This document shows, piece by piece, positions 23,002 to 30,937 of a stretch of DNA of 32,000 bases. The notes under the pieces are model-generated. The model worked only from the letters and a program-made list of their open reading frames with translations. It had not been told where the DNA came from and searched no databases. Both the position numbers and the translations under genes were made by a program. The stretch is from Pyrobaculum aerophilum str. IM2 (GTDB lineage: Archaea; Thermoproteota; Thermoprotei; Thermoproteales; Thermoproteaceae): assembly GCF_000007225.1 (NCBI RefSeq), contig NC_003364.1:1380001-1412000 (forward strand). Direction: 5' to 3'. The first letter of the stretch is position 1, and every line of letters begins with the position of its first letter.

Positions 23002-23020
23002 ATCGTGTTAATAAGTCTTA

Positions 23021-24025
23021 GTGGAGATAGCCCTCACAGGGAGTATAAAGCCGCCGCTGGCAACCCCAGCGCCGTATTTAATAATAGGCGGCTTTAGATT
23101 AGTGGAAGTAGTTGCGTTATCTCTTTGTGATTATGGAAAAGTGACGATATATGTGGATAAAAGAGTAGACCTCCCAACATCGTTAGAGGGATGTAGATTT
23201 GAAATTAGGGAAGGCGTCCCGCAAGACGTCCCGAAATTAGACGTGGGCTGTGCCCCCTATTTGTTAAAGTCCAAGAACTTGGCATGTGGCGGCGTTAAAT
23301 TTGACTTGGGAGGCGAGATGTATGTGGCAGAGCCTCTCAACTCCCTCGCCGACGTCTTGGAAAAAAACGTGGAGTTCATGAAGTTAGCGCTGAATCGGAT
23401 TAAAGCGCTTGGCATTGAGCTTATGAAGGGAGATGTAAGGGGCGAGGTGCGCGGAGACGTATACATTCGTGGAAAGGTCTATGAATACGCCTACTTAGAG
23501 GGGCCTGCAGTAGTAGGCCCCCAATCCTCAGTACTGCCGTTTACATACATAAGGCCAGGAACGGTGTTGTACTACGACTCTAAAGTGAGAGACGAGGCTA
23601 AAAACGCCTTATTAGACGCATATACCCGTAAGCAACACGGCGGCTATCTCGGCGATACATACATAGCGCCTTTTGTTAACTTCGGCGCTGGAACAACTGT
23701 GTCAAACTTAAAAAACACCTTGGGGGCTATAAGGCCCTCTTACTCATCTAAAAGTTATAAGAAACTAGGCCCTGTCGTGGGGGAATTTGTAAAAACAGCT
23801 ATTGGCACTTTAATATACGGCGGTAAATACATAGGGCCGTTGTCTCATCTATACGGCGTAGTAGATAGGGACGTGCCTCCGCTTTCAATATACAAGGGAG
23901 GCGAAATAATACCAATGGATAGAGACAAGGCTGTGGAGTATTTAAGGCGAGATTTAGAGCAATACGGCAGAGGCGATTTATTTCCGTTTTATTACAAAGC
24001 CTTATTCGAGAAGTCTTTGTTTTAA
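23021..24025 (+). CDS. Left-handed beta-helix (hexapeptide-repeat) protein, sugar-phosphate nucleotidyltransferase-like
   Basis: LGDTYIAPFVNFGAGTTVSNLKN and the preceding imperfect hexapeptide turns match the C-terminal LbH of GlmU/RmlA-like archaeal enzymes. The N-terminal about 100 aa only faintly resembles the NTP-transferase fold and lacks GxGTRL. Confidence 0.65.
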   Translation: MEIALTGSIKPPLATPAPYLIIGGFRLVEVVALSLCDYGKVTIYVDKRVDLPTSLEGCRFEIREGVPQDVPKLDVGCAPYLLKSKNLACGGVKFDLGGEMYVAEPLNSLADVLEKNVEFMKLALNRIKALGIELMKGDVRGEVRGDVYIRGKVYEYAYLEGPAVVGPQSSVLPFTYIRPGTVLYYDSKVRDEAKNALLDAYTRKQHGGYLGDTYIAPFVNFGAGTTVSNLKNTLGAIRPSYSSKSYKKLGPVVGEFVKTAIGTLIYGGKYIGPLSHLYGVVDRDVPPLSIYKGGEIIPMDRDKAVEYLRRDLEQYGRGDLFPFYYKALFEKSLF

Positions 24026-26797
24026 ATACTCCTTTTCCATTTCCTGAATCTTCCCAGTTAGCTCATTTAAATCAACGCCGTTTAAGCTGGCCAACAGCTC
24101 CTCCACGGCGTCTATAGGAAGGCGGGAGGCCAGGGCATAAAGCCCCGTCCATCCATATTTTCGTAAAATCTCAGCAGTTCTCTTAATCTCATCGTAATTA
24201 CGCCTTATTTCCCTCTCCAAGTTGTCGCTCTTCACCACGCGCACTACGCCGATATCGGCACTGCCACATCTGGGACACTTTAATTCATAAACTTCGCCGA
24301 CGCGGATTATGCCGTACCAGCCGCATACAAGGCAGGCGGCTAACATAGAATAATTGAGAAGCCTTGCTTTAGTGCTGTCTAGCACAAGTCTTCTTAGCCT
24401 CTCCGGCGGGATTATCTCTAATCTGTGGGACAATTTCTCATAAAGTACTTCGCCTAAGTGCGTCGGCTCGGCTGAGAAGGCAATGGATATCTCCCCCCAC
24501 CTGATCCTCTGGAGAACCTCCGCTGTGTGTTGTAAATCTAAGTCTCTTTCTAGCGCCTCTTTTAACGCCTCGTCAAATACGGGCGTGCCGCTGAAGGCTT
24601 CAACGAGTTTAGACATGCTTATGCTGTATACATCTGCCTCTTTATCCACAGCGCCCATTCTCTTAGCCACGTGGAGAATTCTCCGTTTAAACGAGCCTGA
24701 TTTTACTAGCGCAGATTTAATAAGCTCAGCTATTTCTCTTGCGTCCATAGACGCCAGTTTTCTTATTTGCTCCGCCACTAACTCGGCGGGCAGGGGATCG
24801 GAAGATTGAATAATAACGCCGTATGGGTCCTGGTGAACTCCCACGGGTTTTTCCAAAATTTTTATCAAGAGCTCTCCGATGAGCTTCCCCAGCGTCCTAT
24901 TCACCAGAGTTCCAAACGCCGCGTGGACAACGACTACGTTTTCTCTGAACTGCTCAATCACCACAGTCTTGTCGTCGGGCAGAGGGCCTTTGTGTTTCGT
25001 TAACTCCTCTAGGATAAACGCCGCGGTTTCCTCGCTTATGCCGTACTCCTCTGCTAGGGCCTTGTGATCGCCGAGTTCTAACGCCCTTCTTCTCAACTTG
25101 CCAACTTCCTGGGCCACCTCAAAGGGCACTGGTATTTCTTCGCCTATCCAGCTGGGAATTGCGCCAGAGGGGTCTGAGACCTCAACTACTTTAATGCTCC
25201 TATCCTCCACTGCAGTAATTAGCCAAGGCCTTCCTCTGAAAATAAATTTAACGCCCGCGTTGCCGTATTCTGCGACAAACGACTCGTCTAATGTTCCCAC
25301 TAATTCGTCTGTTTTGGCGTTTATAACCGCGTACTGCCTCTCGTCGGGTATCATGGACAGCGTCTCGTAAAAATAACGGTAGAAGCCGCGCCCTCTGGGC
25401 CTCGCCACTGTGTCGCTATCTTCAAAATACACCGCCAGCCTCGGGTAGAGGTCTTGCATGAACTTAACCACTCGCCTAAGCTCCTCAATAGCTAAGTCTC
25501 TATACGGATAGGCCCTTTTTATCACGTGGTAAAGCTCTTCAAGCTTCCACCTAGGCTTCATTATTAAAAACGCCACTATTTGATTGACCAACACGTCGTA
25601 AGGCTTATGGGGTATTTGCGTAGGCTCTATAAATCCGTTTCTGGCCATTTTTACAATAACAGTTGCCTCCATGACGTCGTTTACATCCTCGCCAATCACA
25701 ACGCCCTTAGGCACTGCGGTGAGCCTATGCCCGCTTCTGCCAACTCTTTGAAGCAACCTAGTGACTTGGTGAGGGGATATGTACTGGATGACCAAATCCA
25801 CATGTCCTATATCAATGCCGAGTTCTAAACTAGACGTGGCCACTACAGCCTTTAACTCCCCCCTCTTTAGCCGCTCCTCTACAGATACGCGCACCATTTT
25901 TGAAAGCGAGGAGTGGTGAACAGCCGCCGGGATGTCTGGGAAGAGGTATGTCAGGCGAAAGCCCAGCAACTCAGCCATACTTCTAGTGTTGACAAATATT
26001 AAAGTACTGCGGTTCTCCTCCACGAGTTTTTTTATTAATTTAAGACGGGCTATGACGTCGGGAAATAGGCCCGACGTCTCAGCTAGTTTGTAGTCCTCCG
26101 CCGTGGGCTTAGGCCTCACGACGTCAAGCTTCATTTGTCTAGTTATATTGACCATGACGATTTTAAATGGCCTGTCAACGCCCATGAGGAATTTGGCCAC
26201 CTCCACTGGGCTGCCCACTGTGGCTGAAAGTCCCACGATTTGAAAATCGCGGCCTACGTGATACCGTAGTCTTTCCAGGGCGAGACTGAGCTGAACTCCT
26301 CTTTTATCCTCTGCGAGTTCGTGCACTTCGTCGATAATTGCCCATTGCAACTCTTTTAAATGCGTCAAAAGCCTTTTCCCAGTCATAATTGCCTGTAACA
26401 TTTCAGGCGTAGTGATAAGTATATGCGGCGGCGTTTTGCTCTGCCTCTGCCTATCAGCCTTGTCAGTATCGCCGTGTCTTACATCTACTCTAAAGCCCAA
26501 CCTCTCTCCCCACCACTTAATTCTATCTAACAAGTCTCTGTTAAGCGCACGCAGAGGAGTTATATAGAGTACATATATGCCCGGTCTGTCAATATCTCTT
26601 TCTAACATCTTAGACAAAATGGGCAACAAGGCGGCCTCTGTCTTCCCGCTGCCAGTTGGCGCAATAATGAGGACGTTGTTGCCGGATAGAATTTCAGGTA
26701 TTGCTCTCTTCTGCGGCTCGGTTGGCTCTGAGATTCCCCTTTCTTTCAAGGCCTCTCTTATTGCTGGGTGAAGGAGGTGAAAAACCACACAACGCAT
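24002..26797 (-). CDS. lhr: Lhr-type DEAD/DEAH-box ATP-dependent helicase with a C-terminal zinc ribbon
   Basis: Walker A APTGSGKTEAA, a DEVH box, SAT, QRVGRSGH motif VI, and C-terminal CLVCG ... CPRCG. The ORF-track start at 26830 is TTG; I prefer the ATG at 26797 (the GTG at 26788 is also possible). Confidence 0.9.
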   Translation of the reverse strand: MRCVVFHLLHPAIREALKERGISEPTEPQKRAIPEILSGNNVLIIAPTGSGKTEAALLPILSKMLERDIDRPGIYVLYITPLRALNRDLLDRIKWWGERLGFRVDVRHGDTDKADRQRQSKTPPHILITTPEMLQAIMTGKRLLTHLKELQWAIIDEVHELAEDKRGVQLSLALERLRYHVGRDFQIVGLSATVGSPVEVAKFLMGVDRPFKIVMVNITRQMKLDVVRPKPTAEDYKLAETSGLFPDVIARLKLIKKLVEENRSTLIFVNTRSMAELLGFRLTYLFPDIPAAVHHSSLSKMVRVSVEERLKRGELKAVVATSSLELGIDIGHVDLVIQYISPHQVTRLLQRVGRSGHRLTAVPKGVVIGEDVNDVMEATVIVKMARNGFIEPTQIPHKPYDVLVNQIVAFLIMKPRWKLEELYHVIKRAYPYRDLAIEELRRVVKFMQDLYPRLAVYFEDSDTVARPRGRGFYRYFYETLSMIPDERQYAVINAKTDELVGTLDESFVAEYGNAGVKFIFRGRPWLITAVEDRSIKVVEVSDPSGAIPSWIGEEIPVPFEVAQEVGKLRRRALELGDHKALAEEYGISEETAAFILEELTKHKGPLPDDKTVVIEQFRENVVVVHAAFGTLVNRTLGKLIGELLIKILEKPVGVHQDPYGVIIQSSDPLPAELVAEQIRKLASMDAREIAELIKSALVKSGSFKRRILHVAKRMGAVDKEADVYSISMSKLVEAFSGTPVFDEALKEALERDLDLQHTAEVLQRIRWGEISIAFSAEPTHLGEVLYEKLSHRLEIIPPERLRRLVLDSTKARLLNYSMLAACLVCGWYGIIRVGEVYELKCPRCGSADIGVVRVVKSDNLEREIRRNYDEIKRTAEILRKYGWTGLYALASRLPIDAVEELLASLNGVDLNELTGKIQEMEKEYLKQRLLE

Positions 26798-26801
26798 AAG
26801 G

Positions 26802-26813
26802 TTTATTAAATTA
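26802..26813 (+). promoter_or_regulatory. TATA-like box for the secreted-protein gene
   Basis: tttattaaatta lies 17-28 nt upstream of the ATG at 26830. It sits inside or immediately upstream of the possible helicase 5' end on the other strand. Confidence 0.45.
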
Positions 26814-26829
26814 TTCATACAACGGTTCA

Positions 26830-27363
26830 ATGTCTAGAGGCGTCTTGATGTTGCTGGCCTTAGTGGCCTTCTCCATGGCGCAGACATTAGTAGTCAACGG
26901 GACTCAGCCTTTTAAAGCATATGTAAAAGAGGGTGCGCTGGTGATAAACGGTAGCGAAATAACGCTCCCCCAAGAGCGCCTTTCTTGGAATTATAACGGC
27001 ACATACACAGTATATGGGATTTATTACTCAAATCCCAATTGCCAGTTGGGGACTTGGCCTAATCAGCCTAGATTTTATATCACGTGTAACACAGGCTCTG
27101 ATTTCATTATAGTGGCTGTAAAAGATCCAAAGGCCCGGGTTATATGTAAAACAAATAGGGGGCCTCTCCAGCCCTCAGCCGCCTCGAAATACGTCGAAAT
27201 ATACCAAACCAACGGGCTTAATATAGAATGCGAATCGGGTTACTCCGCCGTGGCGTCAGCGCCAGGCGTTTTACTGGGCGTATTGGCTGGAATAACCGCG
27301 GCTACAGCCACGTTATTACTGGCCCTGGGGATATTGTTATTGCGCGCTCTCCTCAAAAAGTAA
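26830..27363 (+). CDS. Secreted, C-terminally membrane-anchored protein (177 aa), probably a glycoprotein
   Basis: N-terminal signal peptide (MSRGVLMLLALVAFSMAQ), three N-x-S/T sequons (NGT, NGS, NGT), four Cys, and a C-terminal hydrophobic helix followed by RALLKK. A TATA-like box lies 17-28 nt upstream. Confidence 0.65.
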   Translation: MSRGVLMLLALVAFSMAQTLVVNGTQPFKAYVKEGALVINGSEITLPQERLSWNYNGTYTVYGIYYSNPNCQLGTWPNQPRFYITCNTGSDFIIVAVKDPKARVICKTNRGPLQPSAASKYVEIYQTNGLNIECESGYSAVASAPGVLLGVLAGITAATATLLLALGILLLRALLKK

Positions 27364-28185
27364 CATTAACGTCTTCTCAGTGACCATGCCTATTACAGCA
27401 GTCCCCTCCTCGTTTACCACGGGCACTCCGCCCACATCATATTCAAGCATTTTCTTAATGACGTCTATTACTGAGTCGTCGGGCTTTGCGAGGAAAATTG
27501 GCGATTTAGCTATATTTATCACGTAGTTATTAACTACTTCTTCCCCGGCGCCTTGTTTAATTTTCTCAATAGTCTCGTCGTCGGCGAAATATTTAAGGAC
27601 GTCTTTGGCGTGTAGCATAGCCACTACTTTCCCATTTTCGTCCACTATGGGATACCGTCTGAATTTATAAATCGTGATGCCCTCAAGCACGTCCATAACA
27701 GTTGAGTAAGGCGTTAATACGTAGATAATACGCGTCATCACATCTCTCACTCTATGCGGAAAGTCCAGTTGCGACGCTAATTTCAAAACATCCCACTCAG
27801 TGAATATCCCCACTAACCTCCCAGCCTCATCTACTATGGGCATGGAGCCAAAATTATGCCTTAAAAACAAGGAGATGACCTCGGCAACTGGCGTCTCAGG
27901 CCGGGCGGAAATAACGCTTCTAGTACCTATTTCAATGATGTTTTTCATATAAATATCGCTGTAGAGAGATCCCTCTGTTGTTTTATCGCTTATCCACGAG
28001 TATATCGCGTCTAAAATGTCTAACATAGTAATAATGCCAACTAGTTTGTCCCCCCGTATTATAGGCAGTCTCCTGATGTCGAGATTTACCATTATCTTCA
28101 TGGCGTTGAGGACTTTTTCCTTCTCTCCAACAGTTACTACGTTTTTAGTGGCGAATTCAATTACAGGCCGGTTGAAGAGATCCAC
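27337..28185 (-). CDS. CBS-domain protein (four tandem CBS motifs)
   Basis: Repeated CBS pattern (e.g. RRLPIIRGDKLVGIITMLDIL; GSMPIVDEAGRLVGIFTEWDVL; RRYPIVDENGKVVAMLHAKDVL; GGVPVVNEEGTAVIGMVTEKTL). Confidence 0.85.
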   Translation of the reverse strand: MDLFNRPVIEFATKNVVTVGEKEKVLNAMKIMVNLDIRRLPIIRGDKLVGIITMLDILDAIYSWISDKTTEGSLYSDIYMKNIIEIGTRSVISARPETPVAEVISLFLRHNFGSMPIVDEAGRLVGIFTEWDVLKLASQLDFPHRVRDVMTRIIYVLTPYSTVMDVLEGITIYKFRRYPIVDENGKVVAMLHAKDVLKYFADDETIEKIKQGAGEEVVNNYVINIAKSPIFLAKPDDSVIDVIKKMLEYDVGGVPVVNEEGTAVIGMVTEKTLMLLFEESAQ

Positions 28186-28201
28186 ATCTTTACAAACGCC
28201 C

Positions 28202-28765
28202 TTATTTAAATAAATTCCTATTCGTAAGCCAAGCCCCCAATTGTGAAAAGGCCTTAGCTCTGTGGGAAATTTTATTCTTCACCTCTTCTCCCAATTCTGC
28301 GTATGTGGCCGTCATGCCCTCCGGTATAAATATAGGATCATATCCAAACCCCCCTCGCCCCCTCGGCTCATGCGCTATATACCCCCTAACCTCGCCGACA
28401 AAAACCTCGACTCTTCCTCCGATACATATAGCCGCGGCGCATTTAAAAGTAGCGCGTCTATCCGCCGCTCCCTCTAACAGCTTCAACACGCCTTTAAGGC
28501 CAATAGTTCTGTAGACATACTCAGCGTAAGGGCCGGGAAAGCCCCCTAAAGCCTCGATGTACAAGCCGGTGTCGTCTACAACGACGAAATCCCCGTAGCG
28601 AGAGCAGAGAAATTCGGCGGCCTTCCTGGCGATTACAACAACGTCGTCATGTTGAATCTCCACCTTCTCCGCATCAAGTCTCTCAACCTCAATGCAAAAA
28701 GGGGCGAGGATGTGGGAGACCTCGGCGAGTTTATAGGGGTTGTTTGTGGCAAGGCGTATTCTCAT
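28202..28765 (-). CDS. rdgB: Non-canonical purine NTP pyrophosphatase (HAM1/RdgB, dITP/XTP)
   Basis: N-terminal LATNNPYKLAE, then FGYDPIF and SHRAKA motifs. Length 187 aa. The start shares nt 28765 with the upstream stop. Confidence 0.9.
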   Translation of the reverse strand: MRIRLATNNPYKLAEVSHILAPFCIEVERLDAEKVEIQHDDVVVIARKAAEFLCSRYGDFVVVDDTGLYIEALGGFPGPYAEYVYRTIGLKGVLKLLEGAADRRATFKCAAAICIGGRVEVFVGEVRGYIAHEPRGRGGFGYDPIFIPEGMTATYAELGEEVKNKISHRAKAFSQLGAWLTNRNLFK

Positions 28766-29496
28766 TAAGAGAGACCCATGTGGTTTTTAACACGGGCTAA
28801 TAACTCGTGCTCAGGCGGCACGCCGACGAACTCCACATCTCCAACGGCGGCATCTTCCGCTTGTAGTATCACTGTGGGCACGCCAGTGACGCCATACATG
28901 TCGGCAATATCTGGGTTCTCGTACGCCTCTACTACTACAGACACGACCTTTCCCTTACTTTCATATGCAAACATATTCGCCATAAGCACTGCGTAGGGAC
29001 AGTAGGGACAGCTGGGAGTGACAACAGTCAATATGTATACTCTTTTTGGCGCGCCTTGAGCCAGCGTTGAGAGCTCAGCCCTTGTCTTTTGCCTAAGGCC
29101 TGTCTTCCCAGTGCTTAGCCTAACCACAGTCTCTATAAACGCCCTTACCTCCTCCCCCATAGGGGCGCCTAAATATCTAATAAACCCCTCGCCGAAGTAA
29201 ATCACGGGCACTCTCTGGGGCTCTACGCCGAATTTCTTAAAGGCCTCTACGTCTTTTTCTGCGTTGTATTTGTTAACTATGAGTTTTCCCTGTGGGGCCA
29301 GCTGTACGAGGAGATCCAGCAACTCCTCCGTGGGGATGCACCAATTAGTCTCCCTCCCGGCGCAGTTGGGACTAGTGAAGAAGTTAATATTTACTGGGTT
29401 TTCCATTTGCGATAACATTTCCTTTATAATTTCTTTAGTCTCCTCGTCGACTTCAATATGAGGCACCTCTTCCGGCCCTCCTATAGGCACAGCCAT
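28765..29496 (-). CDS. Protein disulfide oxidoreductase (PDO, two thioredoxin-fold units)
   Basis: Collinear with my recollection of Pyrococcus PDO. The C-terminal unit has the canonical TPSCPYCPYA. The N-terminal unit has C-AGRETNW-C where a CxxC is expected. Confidence 0.8.
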   Translation of the reverse strand: MAVPIGGPEEVPHIEVDEETKEIIKEMLSQMENPVNINFFTSPNCAGRETNWCIPTEELLDLLVQLAPQGKLIVNKYNAEKDVEAFKKFGVEPQRVPVIYFGEGFIRYLGAPMGEEVRAFIETVVRLSTGKTGLRQKTRAELSTLAQGAPKRVYILTVVTPSCPYCPYAVLMANMFAYESKGKVVSVVVEAYENPDIADMYGVTGVPTVILQAEDAAVGDVEFVGVPPEHELLARVKNHMGLS

Positions 29497-29520
29497 AGGC
29501 GAATAAACGACTAGTGTATA

Positions 29521-29913
29521 TTAAGATTGTCTCCTCCTCTTCTTCCCTCTTTTAGCCTTTTTCCTCTTTCTCTTTTTCCGCTTCGCTTTTTTCTCCTCGC
29601 CGGCTTTTGCAGAAGCGGACTCTAAGTACTGGTAAATGTCGTCAATAATCTCTTTGTATTTGCCCTCCAATTTGTTTTTAATATCCTCTAGAGTAAGCCC
29701 CGCCTCTTGTCTCCAAGCAGTTAAGTCTAGTAAAAAGCCTAATTCATCTACATACCTCCAGGGGTCGAGAGTCCTCTCTTTAATCTCTTTTAAAATCGCC
29801 GGGCTGACCCTTCCGCGGTAGGGAATGACCGCGAAGACATGCCCTATTTCTTGGTCTTCATACACCACGATTTTCCCCTTCTCTCCCGCGATTTCAATAA
29901 CCGCCTGGGCCAC
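29521..29913 (-). CDS. Hypothetical protein (130 aa) with an extreme poly-Lys/Arg C-terminal tail
   Basis: GTG start at 29913 with ttttttatac 18-27 nt upstream. Globular N-terminal about 100 aa, then EEKKAKRKKRKRKKAKRGKKRRRQS. No family recognised. Confidence 0.65.
   Translation of the reverse strand: MAQAVIEIAGEKGKIVVYEDQEIGHVFAVIPYRGRVSPAILKEIKERTLDPWRYVDELGFLLDLTAWRQEAGLTLEDIKNKLEGKYKEIIDDIYQYLESASAKAGEEKKAKRKKRKRKKAKRGKKRRRQS
29531..29601. repeat. Polypyrimidine (plus strand) / polypurine (coding strand) tract
   Basis: 71 nt containing only 5 purines on the plus strand, with pure C/T runs at 29531-29553 and 29556-29579. It encodes the Lys/Arg/Glu tail of the 130-aa protein. Confidence 0.8.
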
Positions 29914-29940
29914 GCCGGTATATGAAAAAGGTATAAAAAA

Positions 29941-30870
29941 CTATTGTAAATAAGACGGCGGGACAGAGGCGACGAGTTTTTTAACAGCCTCAACGCTTTG
30001 CATGAATTTTTGCCTCTCCTCCTCAGTGAGCTCTACTTCCAAGACTTTTACGACGCCGCTCCTCCCGAGTATTATTGGCACTTCCACCGGCACGTCTCGC
30101 ACTCCGTATTCGCCTTGTAACACTACTGAGGCAATTAAGGCCCTCTTAGCGTCTCGTTTAACAGCCTCGGCCATTATTGCAAGCCCGGCGCCGGGCCCCC
30201 AGTTGGAGGAAAAGCCTCTTAACTCCGTAATTCTGGCGCCCGCCTTGACGGTCTCCTCCACGACCTCTTTTAGCTGTTCCTCCGTTAACAGCTTGCTTAG
30301 AGGTACGCCGTGGACGTAGCTTTTACTCGGCACTGGGAACATGCTCTCCCCGTGTTGGCCCAAGACAATTGGAAGTATAGACGCGGGGGATATGCCAAGT
30401 TTCTTGGCGGCGTAGAAGGCCAATCTCCCGGCGTCTAAAACGCCGCTGAAGCCTATAACCCGCTCCCTTGGAAAGCCCGTGGCTTTCCACATGACATACG
30501 TCATGGCGTCTAGGGGGTTTGTTGTTAAAATAACAATAGAGTCAGGCGCGTATTTCTTTATCTCTCTGCCTATTTCTGCGACAATTTTGGCGTTTGCTTC
30601 CAAGAGCTGTTCTCGCGTCATACCCGGCTTTCTGGGCAAGCCGGCGGTGACTATAATTAAGTCGCTCCCCTCTATATCCTTATACTCATTTGAACCCACA
30701 TACTCCACGTCTAGGCCTAATATTGAGCTCATGTGATTCATATCGAGGGCCTCGCCTTGTGGCAAGCCTTTTACAATATCTATTAGTAAAATTTTATTAT
30801 CCAGTTTCATAAGCCCCATGATCACGGCCGCCGCTGTTCCGACTCTGCCGCTTCCAATTATCGTTATCAT
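29941..30870 (-). CDS. mdh: Malate dehydrogenase (LDH-like MDH family)
   Basis: IIGSGRVG Rossmann motif, TAGLPRKPGMTR substrate loop, and GQHGESM with the catalytic His. Length 309 aa. Confidence 0.9.
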   Translation of the reverse strand: MITIIGSGRVGTAAAVIMGLMKLDNKILLIDIVKGLPQGEALDMNHMSSILGLDVEYVGSNEYKDIEGSDLIIVTAGLPRKPGMTREQLLEANAKIVAEIGREIKKYAPDSIVILTTNPLDAMTYVMWKATGFPRERVIGFSGVLDAGRLAFYAAKKLGISPASILPIVLGQHGESMFPVPSKSYVHGVPLSKLLTEEQLKEVVEETVKAGARITELRGFSSNWGPGAGLAIMAEAVKRDAKRALIASVVLQGEYGVRDVPVEVPIILGRSGVVKVLEVELTEEERQKFMQSVEAVKKLVASVPPSYLQ

Positions 30871-30892
30871 GAGAATATAACTAAACTCAGGT

Positions 30893-30902
30893 AAAATATA
30901 TT
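30893..30902 (-). promoter_or_regulatory. TATA-like box for mdh
   Basis: Part of a 22-nt A/T-only run (30893-30914). The proximal part lies 23-32 nt upstream of the ATG at 30870. Confidence 0.45.
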
Positions 30903-30937
30903 TTTTATTAAAAAGTCGAATATGTAGTTGCCAAAAG

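Noticed and set aside
27735-27741. C-box-like gtgatga (minus strand), plus tgatga at about 1808-1813 and 16004-16009, as possible C/D box sRNAs, which are abundant in Pyrobaculum.
   Set aside because: None has a ctga D box, or C'/D' boxes, at the required 30-60 nt spacing on the same strand. All lie inside CDSs. I found no candidate with the full C-D'-C'-D architecture anywhere in the window by eye. A dedicated snoscan-type search could still find divergent ones.
27758-27766. ggaaagtcc on the plus strand resembles the universally conserved CR-I/P4 segment of RNase P RNA. A minimal type-T RNase P RNA is known in Pyrobaculum.
   Set aside because: It lies in the middle of a well-supported CBS-domain CDS on the opposite strand. 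I found no matching downstream P4 3' strand or flanking helices. A single 9-mer has a roughly 1 in 4 chance of occurring in 64 kb of two-strand sequence.
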